A model generated the notes under the pieces. That model did not search any database. It had not been told where the DNA came from and worked only from the letters and a program-made list of their open reading frames with translations. From positions 32,001 to 96,000 of the forward strand of contig JBFWOZ010000005.1 in the NCBI GenBank assembly GCA_050250255.1: a stretch of DNA of 64,000 nt, read 5' to 3'. The translations under genes were made by a program, and so were the position numbers. Shown here piece after piece: positions 20,448 to 30,372 of the stretch. This DNA is from Bdellovibrionales bacterium. GTDB lineage: Bacteria > Bdellovibrionota > Bdellovibrionia > Bdellovibrionales > DASUEL01. The stretch's first letter is position 1, and each line of letters begins with the position of its first letter.

Positions 20448-21455
20448 TTACTTTTGAGTCGATTGTGGCTCGGGTTTAAATTGCTTTAAACGTACAGCAG
20501 CACCAGACATAACGCGTTCAAAAGTCGGTCGTTCAATCTGGGCGGTGCTTACAGAATAATCATCGTAAACTTCACCAAGAGTGATTACGGCTGTCGGTAC
20601 ACCAGGTCGTTGATCGATGCGGTAAGAAAGTGGTGATTCGCAAGGCTGATTATTATCTTCCCACTCGTAAATTTGGTTGTGCACGGTCAACACGTCCCCA
20701 ACTTGAAGACCTGCATTTTTACCTGCGTTGATAATAATGGCGATGTCTTTGTCTTTGATCACTTGTGATTCCCAAGTCACTTCCGCAAGTTTTGTAGATA
20801 GCTTTGCGAGAGCTTTTTCGACCGCCGAACGACCCACTTTTTCTAATGGAGTTTGGAAGTAAAATTCAGGACCAGCTTGGAATCCCTTAAAGTTGATATT
20901 CGCGTTGATTCTCGTCTTTGTTTCGTTGGATGTCGAAGAGGAAATCGCTTTGTAATACAGAGTGAGAGGGTCATATGCACGAAGAGTTAATCCCATCTGT
21001 GCTGTATCCACCTTTACGGTGCCATCCACTGAAATTCCGCCTAGATCACCATCTGGTGAGTAACCAAATCGCATTCCGAAGGAAGAAAGAAACTCGAAGT
21101 GAGTGACATCTCCATTGATATTAAACAATGGGGCATTTCGCACGCAAGTAGGTGCGTCTTCGTCTGTTGCCTCCATAATATCCATCTCGTTCATTTTCGG
21201 TACACGGCCAGCTAAGTAAAAATCAGCATGATTTTGGACAACTTCTTCGAGCTGCGTACTTACGGGTACAGAAAAGTCCACAACTACGCCACCAGGTGCT
21301 TGAAATTTTTGAGATTTCACACCTACTACTCCTACACCCATTTGCAGTTTGCGAACGGCACCTGCAAGGGGTTGTTCGCAACTTTGGTTTGCCATAAGAG
21401 GGAGCGCGAGGGCGACAACACCAACTGCTCTTGTAAATGGATTCAATTTTTTCAT
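20448..21455 (-). CDS. Putative lipoprotein with CsgG-like and FlgT C-terminal-like regions
   Basis: ATG 21455 with AGGAG SD; signal ending LMANQS-C; IIINAGKNAGLQVGDVLTV resembles FlgT_C. Confidence 0.6.
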   Translation of the reverse strand: MKKLNPFTRAVGVVALALPLMANQSCEQPLAGAVRKLQMGVGVVGVKSQKFQAPGGVVVDFSVPVSTQLEEVVQNHADFYLAGRVPKMNEMDIMEATDEDAPTCVRNAPLFNINGDVTHFEFLSSFGMRFGYSPDGDLGGISVDGTVKVDTAQMGLTLRAYDPLTLYYKAISSSTSNETKTRINANINFKGFQAGPEFYFQTPLEKVGRSAVEKALAKLSTKLAEVTWESQVIKDKDIAIIINAGKNAGLQVGDVLTVHNQIYEWEDNNQPCESPLSYRIDQRPGVPTAVITLGEVYDDYSVSTAQIERPTFERVMSGAAVRLKQFKPEPQSTQK

Positions 21456-21475
21456 AAAAACTCCTTTAGATTGTC

Positions 21476-23512
21476 TCATTTTTTTGATGCTTTTAAATTT
21501 GTCTGGTTTAATTGTTTAATAAATTCTTCCACCACTCCACGACCGGCTTTCGCAAGTCGCACTTTCGAACCAAGGCCACCAACTTTATAATCATCTTTTG
21601 ATTCTGCAGCTTCGATTACACCTTCCACACCCGATTGACTGGCAACGAAAACTTTTTTACCTGCACGCACACAGAGTTCGAGTCCCATTTTATAGGCTTC
21701 GCTCTCAATTGCTGGTTGAAAAGGCACAACGACGTACTGGATATCTTCGCGCTTCGAAGCATATTCTAGAGCCTGATAAAGAGTGGCACTATGAGTATCT
21801 CCTCTTGGGCCAAAAACTTTTAAAGGCACGAGAGTGAATGGCACCTTGATTTGCTTTTCCATCAAGAGAGCCGCGGCCGTTCCCATTCCTAAATCATCCG
21901 ATGGACGCTTATCCCAGGAAATAAAATCAAAACCACTGTTTTCAAGATGCGATTTTAATTTCTCTTCTTTTGGTGACACGCCCGAGGCAATAAGAGCGAT
22001 TTTAGGTGCCGCACTTAACGCCGCTAATTTTTGCGTAGACAGTTTTTGATCTAAAGAGTCAAAAGGTTGATCCAAAACTGTTTTGTAACGGATGTAACCA
22101 TACACCCACAAAATGTTCATCAGCCAACGCTCAATCATACCGGGCTGTTTTCCTGCACAAAGGTTCGCGATAGGAGCCACGTCTTCTGGCAATGAAATTT
22201 GACCAAGATCTTTTGTACCTAAAGAAATGCTTTGAGTCGAAGAGTCCCCAACCGCCGCAAGAGTTCTAAAAGAAGCTTCTGGTTCTCCCCAAACGTTAAC
22301 ACCTAACACATGGAAACGGAGAGGCTCGCCAACAAAAGGTTTATAAACATTTGTCGATTCAGGACGAATGAGAGAGGCTTGTGCAAAACTTTTTGTGATT
22401 GTATAGACAGAACCTAACCCTGAAATAAGCTGCATCCCTTCGGTAAGGCCCTCATCAAAGCCACCCGGAATGATCCACTGAGCTTCATCAAACTTTGCTG
22501 TAATGTCTGTTTGCCAAAGCACTGTTGGGAGTTCTTTTTCAAAATTTTCTACAATGGTAGGTAGAAGTTGCGCGAGAGATTGTCGTAGCGTTTTACGCTT
22601 TTGAATTTCCACTCCCACTAAAATTCCTGAATATTGAGCGCCAATATAGAGATCTCGTCCAGAACCTTTGAGCTCAAAACGATACTCCCTTTTGTAGTTC
22701 AACTCAGGAGCCTCGACTTCAAACACAATTTCGGATTTCACTTCAAAAGTTTTTTTACGAAAACCAAATCCGTATCCAAGGATAGAGAATGTTACGCCCT
22801 CATCTGCATCAAAACCAAAGTTTGAACGGCCGGGGCCAAAACCTTCGGGCTCCATTTGGCCCGAAAAGAAATCCACCACTGAACAAAGTTTTCCACTGCT
22901 TTCCTCAGGAATAGCCGAAAGCTGAGGCTTTTTAATGAACTCATTATCCTTTGCGCCTTCGCGCCCTTCGTTAAAAGGATTGATGCGATCTGGAGCAAAT
23001 CCGTAAACAGCTCTATTACTTCTCTCGCCAGAAGCATAGAGCAAAGTTTCTACACGAGGTCGGATGAAAAGTTGGGCTTCACGACGTGATACAGCTTGCA
23101 TCAGCACCGAAGCCTCCTTTTGAGAGAACACACTCATATCTCCTGAGGAGGAACTTAAAGGAGAAATTTCTGAACGAGCTTGAGTATCGCGTAGATAAGT
23201 GAATTCCATCCCAGGAAGTCGCTCGGCTAACTCTTGAAGAACCTGATCGACACGTTCTTCTGCTTGAAAGGTTTGTGTCGAAAAAAGCGAAGCTCCACCA
23301 GAGCCAGTTAAAATCAAATAACGATCTGTTAAATAAAGCGTCTCTGAGACTAAGTGAGAAACCTCGACACCATGACGAAGTCGCTCACCATCCATAAATG
23401 TAAGCCAACGGTCTTCTGTAGGCTCCACACGCACACGTACCTTTGGCTTCGCCTCTTGTGCGAAAGACCAGGTACTGACTAAAATGAGAGCGCTAAAAAT
23501 AATCGTCTTCAT
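21476..23512 (-). CDS. Exported protein with a FlgT_C-like segment and a C-terminal catalytically dead subtilisin-like (S8) domain
   Basis: Signal peptide ...WSFA|Q; WIIPGGFDEGLTEGMQL; IALIASGV / GFDFISWDKRPSDDLGMGTAAA / LVPLKVFG. Confidence 0.7.
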   Translation of the reverse strand: MKTIIFSALILVSTWSFAQEAKPKVRVRVEPTEDRWLTFMDGERLRHGVEVSHLVSETLYLTDRYLILTGSGGASLFSTQTFQAEERVDQVLQELAERLPGMEFTYLRDTQARSEISPLSSSSGDMSVFSQKEASVLMQAVSRREAQLFIRPRVETLLYASGERSNRAVYGFAPDRINPFNEGREGAKDNEFIKKPQLSAIPEESSGKLCSVVDFFSGQMEPEGFGPGRSNFGFDADEGVTFSILGYGFGFRKKTFEVKSEIVFEVEAPELNYKREYRFELKGSGRDLYIGAQYSGILVGVEIQKRKTLRQSLAQLLPTIVENFEKELPTVLWQTDITAKFDEAQWIIPGGFDEGLTEGMQLISGLGSVYTITKSFAQASLIRPESTNVYKPFVGEPLRFHVLGVNVWGEPEASFRTLAAVGDSSTQSISLGTKDLGQISLPEDVAPIANLCAGKQPGMIERWLMNILWVYGYIRYKTVLDQPFDSLDQKLSTQKLAALSAAPKIALIASGVSPKEEKLKSHLENSGFDFISWDKRPSDDLGMGTAAALLMEKQIKVPFTLVPLKVFGPRGDTHSATLYQALEYASKREDIQYVVVPFQPAIESEAYKMGLELCVRAGKKVFVASQSGVEGVIEAAESKDDYKVGGLGSKVRLAKAGRGVVEEFIKQLNQTNLKASKK

Positions 23513-23969
23513 ACTTCTCCAAAAGGACCGTCCAGAGATCTTTGTCTTAAGACGTAGATACCAGTCGGAGTGCGGATTTCAGGACTGAAGTGGGCAATTT
23601 GACCCTCTAAAGTCTCGTCGAAGATAAGCACTCGCCACCAAAGTCCGACAAAAAATCTGGACCTTCAACGAGAGCATTACGCTGTGTGCTTTGTTTCAAA
23701 AGGACCTAGACTAGCCCAATTGTTTAACCCGAACTCCTCCATGAGATTCCATCAAGTATAGAACTGTTCGATGATCTCTTCACGAAGAGGGCAAATATTG
23801 AAAATGCTAGACGAATTCGAAATTAATCTCAGAGCGAGACAAGCCAAGTCTGCAGAAAATTTAACTATTTTTTAAAACGTAATTTGAAAAAAAATATTCT
23901 CACTAGAACATCAACACTCTGAAGAACAATTCCTCTCAACGCGATTTCAATCAGTTTAATGTTGAATCC

Positions 23970-24827
23970 TTACGGCGTTTGCAGAAAACGTGCAACCTCA
24001 CGATTGTCACGATCACAATGTTTGCCCGTACGGCGCACCCAAGTCATAGAGGGCACGCGAGCCTCTTGAGCAAGACGCGCAAAGCTTTCGCTCCCTTCAA
24101 AAAAGCCAAATTCATCGGTGTCGCCACAGGTAATATAAAGAGGAGGAGTTTGGGCTCCTAACTTCGTCTTCGCTAGTAACAAAGGGTTGGACTGATCCCA
24201 ATCCTCTTTATCCTTGTGAAAAATTCTCTGCATAAACATACCCCACCAAATATTCGATTTTTTTGCGCCACTTCTCGTGAGGAATTCTTGCACTTCCTCT
24301 TTTTTAGCAAATGGTGAGAGAGGCAAAATCGCTGGACATGCTAGCACTACTTTGTCGAAAAGCTCTGGCTTCTTCATCACAAGTTGAGTCGCGTTGAAAC
24401 CACCCATAGACATTGAGAGAATTAATCTTCGCCCAGTCACTCCACCCATTTTCGTTTCTAAAAATGGCATTATGCCGTCTATAAAATAGTCGAAGAGACT
24501 ACTCGTAGATTTTTTATTTTTCTCAGCCAAAATCCAAATGGGGCCAAAATTGATCGACACCACTCGGGGCATTGGAATCCCCATAGCTCTCCACTCGGCG
24601 CGAAACTCTTTCCACTTTTTCAAGTATTCTTTTTCGTTCCCACCGGCGCCGTGAAAATAATAAATCACATCAGGATTGTTACTGGTGATTTGGGAGTGAA
24701 TACAATAAGCAAACTTCTTATTAAGACTAAACCATTCACACGTTGAATGAATATCTGAATCTTCACCAGCAAAAACAAATGAATTTAAGAAGAATATGGC
24801 AAGAAAAAGTCCCCATTTCACACGCAC
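23970..24827 (-). CDS. Exported alpha/beta-hydrolase (putative esterase family)
   Basis: Signal peptide; YYFHGAGG, SMSMGG nucleophile elbow, GDTDEFGF, GKH. Confidence 0.8.
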   Translation of the reverse strand: MRVKWGLFLAIFFLNSFVFAGEDSDIHSTCEWFSLNKKFAYCIHSQITSNNPDVIYYFHGAGGNEKEYLKKWKEFRAEWRAMGIPMPRVVSINFGPIWILAEKNKKSTSSLFDYFIDGIMPFLETKMGGVTGRRLILSMSMGGFNATQLVMKKPELFDKVVLACPAILPLSPFAKKEEVQEFLTRSGAKKSNIWWGMFMQRIFHKDKEDWDQSNPLLLAKTKLGAQTPPLYITCGDTDEFGFFEGSESFARLAQEARVPSMTWVRRTGKHCDRDNREVARFLQTP

Positions 24828-24895
24828 CTCATATCTCTATTTTAAAAAGAGGTGAGGTGCATCACAAGGACAGTTTTGAGAAAGCCGACTCGGCT

Positions 24896-27487
24896 TTAAT
24901 CTACATCCTCTATATGGATTTCATTGTTTTTGATGACGAAATGGACTTTATCCCCAGCAATGGTTTCGTGAGAAATCACCTTCTTTGCGAGATGGTTCAG
25001 TATGTGTGTTTGAATCGCTCGCTTGAGGGGACGGGCTCCATAAACAGGATCAAAGCCCACGTTCGCGAGGTAGTTATATACTTCCTCATCAAAGAAGAGG
25101 TGAATATTTTTTTCTGCCAACCGTTCAGTGGCCTTTTGTACCTGAATCTTCACGATGTCTTTAATAATCTCTTTTTCTAGAGGGTGGAAAATCACGGTCT
25201 CATCAATACGGTTGAGAAACTCTGGCCGGAAATGAGTTTTCACGGCCTCAAGCACAGCACTTTCTTTTTGCTTCGCTGTAAGCGCTTCGTTTACGAGACT
25301 TTGTGATCCGAGATTAGAAGTCATAATCAAAACGGTGTTTCGGAAATCAACCGTGCGCCCCTGCCCGTCTGTCAAACGGCCATCATCTAAAACCTGCAAG
25401 AGAACATTGAATACGTCGGGATGTGCTTTTTCAATTTCATCAAAAAGAACAACGGCGTAAGGGCGGCGGCGTACCACTTCTGTGAGCTGCCCACCTTCAT
25501 CGTAACCTACGTATCCCGGAGGTGCACCGATCAAACGAGAAACCGAGTGTTTCTCCATATATTCGCTCATATCAATTCGCACGAGAGCTTGTTCGGTATC
25601 AAAAAGGAATTCTGCTAAACCTTTTGCCGTCTCAGTTTTCCCTACACCCGTAGGTCCTAAAAATAAAAAGCTACCAATAGGCCGGTTCGGGTCTGATATT
25701 TCCGCGCGTGATCTGCGAACGGCATCGGCTACCAAGCGAAGAGCGTGGTCTTGACCTACAACTCTTTTGCTCAAAGCTTTTTCCATTTCTAAAAGTTTTT
25801 GAGCTTCGGCTTCTAACATTTTACTGACAGGGATACCCGTCCATTTCGAAACCACTTCCGCGATTTCTTCAGGCCCTACTTCTTCTTTCAACATCGATTT
25901 TTTGTCGGCACCCTGACGTACCACTAAGCGCTGGTTTGATTCGGCTAATTTTTTTTCTAAAGCGGGGAGCTTTCCGTACTTGAGCTCTGCAGCTTTTTCC
26001 AGCTCACCGTGACGCTCGGCTTTTTCAATTTCTCCACGTAAAGTTTCAATTTGTTGTTTATATTCTTTTAAGCCAACAATATCTGCTCGTTCAGCTTCCC
26101 ACTGAGCGCGCAACTGATGCGCTTCTTCTTGAAGGTCGGCAATTCGCTGTTCAAGGTGCGTCAGTTTGTCTTTAGAGCCGTGGTCACTTTCGCGCTTCAA
26201 GGCTTCCCGCTCAATTTGCAAATGAATGAGCTTGCGTTCAATTTCATCAATTGCAACCGGAATGCTCCCAATCTCGATACGGAGTTTGCTGGCGGCTTCA
26301 TCCACAAGATCAATCGCTTTGTCTGGTAAAAAACGCGAAGTGATGTAGCGATTCGATAAAGCGGCCGCCGATACAAGAGCTGAATCGGTAATTCGAACGC
26401 CATGATGAACTTCATATTTTTCTTTAAGCCCGCGCAGAATGGTAACGGTATCTTCCACACTTGGTTCTTTGACAATCACGGGCTGGAACCGACGCTCCAG
26501 TGCCGCATCTTTTTCGATATATTTTCTATATTCATCTAAAGTCGTCGCGCCGATACAACGCAAGTCGCCACGTGCAAGCGCTGGTTTTAAGAGCTGGCCC
26601 GCATCCATAGCTCCATCGGCTTTACCGGCTCCCACAAGCGTGTGAAGCTCATCGATAAAGAGAATCATCTCCCCTTCACTGGAGGTCACTTCTTTAATAA
26701 CCGCCTTTAAACGATCTTCAAATTCTCCGCGATATTTTGCGCCTGCGATCAAGGCACCCATATCAAGAGACAAAAGTTTTTTATTTAAAAGAGTGTCAGG
26801 TACATCGTTTTTTATAATTCTTAAAGCCAGGCCCTCCGCAATGGCCGTTTTTCCCACACCAGGTTCACCAATTAAGACAGGATTGTTTTTTGTTCTTCGT
26901 GACAAGACCTGTACGACACGACGAATTTCTTCATCGCGACCAATCACGGGATCTAATTTATTGTTAGCCGCAAGCTCAGTTAAGTCGCGCGCATATTTTT
27001 TGAGGACTTCATATTTAGCTTCAGGGTGATCGTCAGTGACCTTTTGATTACCTCGCATCGTCTTGAGGACAGGTTCTACTTTTTCCCGCGAGAGCCCTAC
27101 TTCCTGCAACATTTTTTTACCATCAGCAGTAGGGGCATGAAGAAAAGCTAAGAGAATATGTTCAGTGGAAATGTAGGAATCCCCCATCAGCTTGGCTTCT
27201 TCCTCCGCCCGGCGCAAAATTTTAGCGGCTTGTGAACTTAAACCCACTTTCGAAGACTCACCCGAAGCTCGAGGGAGGCGATCTAGTTGTTTCTGGAGGG
27301 TTTGTTTTAATGTTGAAAGCTGCCCACCCGATCTTTCAATCAAGCTCGGCACAATGCCCTCAGACTGCTCTAATAAAGCGAGGAAAAGATGCTCCGGTTC
27401 AACCACAGGATTCTGCAAAGATTCCGCAGTTTGCACAGCCGTATTGATGACTTCTTGGCTCTTTTGCGTCAACTTGTCTAGATTCAT
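24896..27487 (-). CDS. clpB: ATP-dependent chaperone ClpB
   Basis: Two AAA+ modules ([16 protein letters not shown]), coiled-coil M domain with ELKYG, 863 aa. Confidence 0.98.
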   Translation of the reverse strand: MNLDKLTQKSQEVINTAVQTAESLQNPVVEPEHLFLALLEQSEGIVPSLIERSGGQLSTLKQTLQKQLDRLPRASGESSKVGLSSQAAKILRRAEEEAKLMGDSYISTEHILLAFLHAPTADGKKMLQEVGLSREKVEPVLKTMRGNQKVTDDHPEAKYEVLKKYARDLTELAANNKLDPVIGRDEEIRRVVQVLSRRTKNNPVLIGEPGVGKTAIAEGLALRIIKNDVPDTLLNKKLLSLDMGALIAGAKYRGEFEDRLKAVIKEVTSSEGEMILFIDELHTLVGAGKADGAMDAGQLLKPALARGDLRCIGATTLDEYRKYIEKDAALERRFQPVIVKEPSVEDTVTILRGLKEKYEVHHGVRITDSALVSAAALSNRYITSRFLPDKAIDLVDEAASKLRIEIGSIPVAIDEIERKLIHLQIEREALKRESDHGSKDKLTHLEQRIADLQEEAHQLRAQWEAERADIVGLKEYKQQIETLRGEIEKAERHGELEKAAELKYGKLPALEKKLAESNQRLVVRQGADKKSMLKEEVGPEEIAEVVSKWTGIPVSKMLEAEAQKLLEMEKALSKRVVGQDHALRLVADAVRRSRAEISDPNRPIGSFLFLGPTGVGKTETAKGLAEFLFDTEQALVRIDMSEYMEKHSVSRLIGAPPGYVGYDEGGQLTEVVRRRPYAVVLFDEIEKAHPDVFNVLLQVLDDGRLTDGQGRTVDFRNTVLIMTSNLGSQSLVNEALTAKQKESAVLEAVKTHFRPEFLNRIDETVIFHPLEKEIIKDIVKIQVQKATERLAEKNIHLFFDEEVYNYLANVGFDPVYGARPLKRAIQTHILNHLAKKVISHETIAGDKVHFVIKNNEIHIEDVD

Positions 27488-27527
27488 GACAGCCTCTTAC
27501 TCCAAATGCTTTGAGTTCTTTCGTCAA

Positions 27528-27567
27528 TGACCATAATTCATGTGGTCAAATACTAGTTGAATTTAAG
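27528..27567 (-). promoter_or_regulatory. Possible sigma32-type promoter of clpB with an overlapping inverted repeat
   Basis: CTTAAA-N16-CCACAT on the minus strand; TGACCATA-N5-TGTGGTCA at 27528-27548. Confidence 0.35.
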
Positions 27568-27591
27568 ATGGGTTCTCATTAATAAAAGTCA

Positions 27592-27807
27592 ATGGCCAAA
27601 CAGGGTATATATCTTGATCCTATTCATCCCACTGATTTTCTTAAATTAAACATCACTTTTTATTGTGAACAGTGCTCTCACTACGATCCCGTAAACGATA
27701 AATGTACAATGGGATATAATCCCCAAAATCACAAAAAAGAAGTACAGATGAAAACTTATGAAATCAGCGGTCGCGTCGCTTTTTGCCGGCATATGGAAAT
27801 TGATTAA
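27592..27807 (+). CDS. Small 4-Cys hypothetical protein
   Basis: CEQC-x9-C...C spacing; next gene starts 3 nt after its stop. Confidence 0.65.
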   Translation: MAKQGIYLDPIHPTDFLKLNITFYCEQCSHYDPVNDKCTMGYNPQNHKKEVQMKTYEISGRVAFCRHMEID

Positions 27808-27809
27808 AA

Positions 27810-28721
27810 ATGTTGGAGTGGGTTCTTCCTTTTTCTTTGTTGATTTTTCTTCTTCTTGTTGTGGGTTTTTATACGCAAAAGAAAACATTAGCACCAAGCT
27901 CCTCAACACCCCAACAGCCTACCGACACTACAAGTTTTTTAGAAATTAAAGATTTTAAAGTTTTCTATCAGCAAGCAGGAAGTGGCCCAGATGTTCTCCT
28001 TCTTCATGGAATTGGTGCCTCCTCCTATACGTGGAGACTCCTGCTCCCGCTCTTAAGCCGTCACTACCGTGTGACCGCCGTAGATTTGCCAGGCTTTGGT
28101 AAATCCACAAAGAATGTGTCGGTCTCTTATGGTTTAGACGCTCAAGTCGAACGGTTGATTGAAATCATGGATCGCTTAAGGATCTCTCAAGCTCACCTTG
28201 TTGGAAGCTCTATGGGCGGAGCCATTGCTCTCTGGCTCGCGAGAAAGTATCCTGAGCGCGTCCTTCATCTTGCCCTGATTTCGCCTGCCGCCTCTCAGGG
28301 ACTTGTGCATTATGATTTTTTTAAGCACGCTCGCATCGGGACCTGGGTCACACCTTTCGTCGGCCCTCGAATTGGTCGGCGTATTCTCAATTACGTTTAC
28401 CATGACCGAAATCTCATTACCGCCGAGACTGTCGAAAAGTATATGGAACCATATATGACAGATCCCGCGAGTGTTGTGACTTTCATCAAGGCGGTCGAAG
28501 CGCTTCGTGACGCAAGACTCCCCATCGATCTTTCACAAATTCAATGCAAAGTGGCCCTGTTGTATGGAGAACAAGATCTTGTGATTCGAAAAAAACACAT
28601 GGAAAAAGTTCGCTCCTCTTTTGTAGCAGCTCCACAATATTTTTCGCACCCAACCCTTGGACATCACCCCATGGAAGAAGATCCACAGTGGGTTTTTGAG
28701 TGTCTGCGCACATTTTTTTAG
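27810..28721 (+). CDS. Membrane-anchored alpha/beta-fold hydrolase
   Basis: N-terminal TM; LLHGIG, DLPGFGKS, GSSMGG, GEQD, GHHP catalytic-triad motifs. Confidence 0.9.
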   Translation: MLEWVLPFSLLIFLLLVVGFYTQKKTLAPSSSTPQQPTDTTSFLEIKDFKVFYQQAGSGPDVLLLHGIGASSYTWRLLLPLLSRHYRVTAVDLPGFGKSTKNVSVSYGLDAQVERLIEIMDRLRISQAHLVGSSMGGAIALWLARKYPERVLHLALISPAASQGLVHYDFFKHARIGTWVTPFVGPRIGRRILNYVYHDRNLITAETVEKYMEPYMTDPASVVTFIKAVEALRDARLPIDLSQIQCKVALLYGEQDLVIRKKHMEKVRSSFVAAPQYFSHPTLGHHPMEEDPQWVFECLRTFF

Positions 28722-28895
28722 TCTTTTCTCTCCCAGTCCCTTGGCGAGTTCGTCAAAAAAAATGAATGATCGTCCAGTTTCTCTCCTCGTTCATCGTCGA
28801 GGAAAACAGGGTTTTTCGTCGAGAAATAATCACTAAGGTCTGACAGACTCGACGAGGCCTTCGACTAAATCGTACAGACCTGGGCCTTTATACCG

Positions 28896-28922
28896 TCAAG
28901 AATCCAACTCTCGTCCCGAGAA
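28896..28922 (+). promoter_or_regulatory. Putative sigma28 (FliA) promoter of flagellin
   Basis: TCAA-N15-CCCGAGAA versus consensus TAAA-N15-GCCGATAA. Confidence 0.6.
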
Positions 28923-28995
28923 GTTTGTTGTAGGTTGAATTGCTCGAGACAAGTTTTCTCTCAAGCACTTCACAAAAGAAAAATCTCATCGTTGA

Positions 28996-29177
28996 AAGGA
29001 GGATCATCAAGGATGACGAGAACAAAGTAGTAGAACGTTGACTGAATGTTTACCGCAAGAATGCGGATGTACTCAAACTAAGGCTAGGATGCCGACCCAA
29101 TAAAGGGTTTTTTCAAGGAAGGGACTTTTATATGAAATTAACTAACTAATTTAACGTTTTTTAAAACGGAGGATAAA
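28996..29177 (+). promoter_or_regulatory. Flagellin 5' leader with repeated GGA-hexaloop hairpins (CsrA-type sites)
   Basis: c-AAGGAT-g (29009), CCGC-AAGAAT-GCGG (29053), GGC-TAGGAT-GCC (29082), TTTC-AAGGAA-GGGA (29111), ACGGAGG at the SD. Confidence 0.55.
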
Positions 29178-30011
29178 ATGGGAATGCGAGTAACAACAAA
29201 CGTAAGTGCGATCAATGCACAACGTAATTTGGTGAATAGCCAAAATCAAATCCAGAACTCTTTCGCTCAATTGTCGAGCGGAAGTCGTATCAATAAGTCT
29301 GCAGATGATGCTGCAGGTTTAGCAATCTCTGATGGCCTACAAGCTCAAATCAGATCAGCTAGACAAGCTAACAGAAACGCTAACGACGGTATCTCTATGA
29401 TTCAAGTCGCAGAGGGCGGTCTTTCTGAAATCAGCAACATCGTTACACGATTAAGAGAACTTGGTATCCAAGCTTCTTCTGATACAGTGGGCGATCGTGA
29501 ACGTTCTTTCATCGATAAAGAGGTTCAAGCGTTGAAGTCAGAAGTTCAGCGTATCGCAAGCGTAACAACATGGGGCACAACAAAGCTTTTGGATGGAACT
29601 ACTCCAAACTTTGATTTCCAAGTTGGTATCTTTAACAACGATTTCGAAGATAGAATCACATTTGCTGCTAGCGAAAACGTTGCTACAGTTGACTCTCTAG
29701 GTATCTCAGGACTCGATTACAACAATAAAGAGGGCGCTCAAATGGCACTTCAATCTCTTGATGAATCGATCCTAAAAGTGAACCAGATGCGCTCTAACTT
29801 CGGTGCTTTACAAAACCGATTGCAGTCTACATCTGCTAACTTAGGAGTTGCTGAAGAGAATTTATCAGCTGCTAACAGCCGTATCCGTGATACAGACGTA
29901 GCTCGCGCTTCTTCTGAACTCACTCGTAACAACATCTTGTTACAAGCTGGTACTGCAACTCTTGCTCAAGCCAACCAAGTTCCAAGCCTAGCTTTGAAAT
30001 TGATTGGTTAA
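29178..30011 (+). CDS. fliC: Flagellin (short, 277 aa)
   Basis: LSSGSRINKSADDAAGLAIS, NANDGISMIQVAEGGL, RSNFGALQNRL, SRIRDTD; almost no variable domain. Confidence 0.97.
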   Translation: MGMRVTTNVSAINAQRNLVNSQNQIQNSFAQLSSGSRINKSADDAAGLAISDGLQAQIRSARQANRNANDGISMIQVAEGGLSEISNIVTRLRELGIQASSDTVGDRERSFIDKEVQALKSEVQRIASVTTWGTTKLLDGTTPNFDFQVGIFNNDFEDRITFAASENVATVDSLGISGLDYNNKEGAQMALQSLDESILKVNQMRSNFGALQNRLQSTSANLGVAEENLSAANSRIRDTDVARASSELTRNNILLQAGTATLAQANQVPSLALKLIG

Positions 30012-30032
30012 TTAATAAATAGTCAAAGATTG

Positions 30033-30063
30033 TGGCGTAAGTGGAAACACTTACGCCATTTTT
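30033..30063 (+). terminator. Intrinsic terminator of flagellin
   Basis: TGGCGTAAGTG-GAAA-CACTTACGCCA-TTTTT. Confidence 0.9.
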
Positions 30064-30118
30064 GTCCCGTCCTTCCGTTTTACTCGAATACCTCCAGTTG
30101 ATCGGAGGTATTCACTTC
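30060..30118 (+). repeat. 59-bp direct repeat, copy 1
   Basis: 56/59 identical to 31084-31142; internal hairpin GAATACCTCC-N8-GGAGGTATTC. Confidence 0.95.
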
Positions 30119-30372
30119 TTGAGATATGAGCTGCTCAAACTCGCAACAATTTTTTCGTCAAAAACTTCGACAGCCCCAACCGTGCCCCTTCCAGTCACCT
30201 AAAAATACTTAAAATTGAGGTCTGCGGCACTCCTTTACCCTCAGTGCCTATAAAATCATTAGAGATCTGTGGAATACTTCTTGTAGTTAGAATCACCATA
30301 TCAGTTCGATATTGCCTGGAAATAGTTTCCAACAAATTTTCGAACGGAATCGGATCAACCACGGGATCACTT

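Noticed and set aside
23786..23830. c-di-GMP-I riboswitch-like GGCAAA...GAAA...GACG
   Set aside because: The stem around GAAA does not pair properly, the second hairpin is missing, and the orientation is opposite to the flanking genes.
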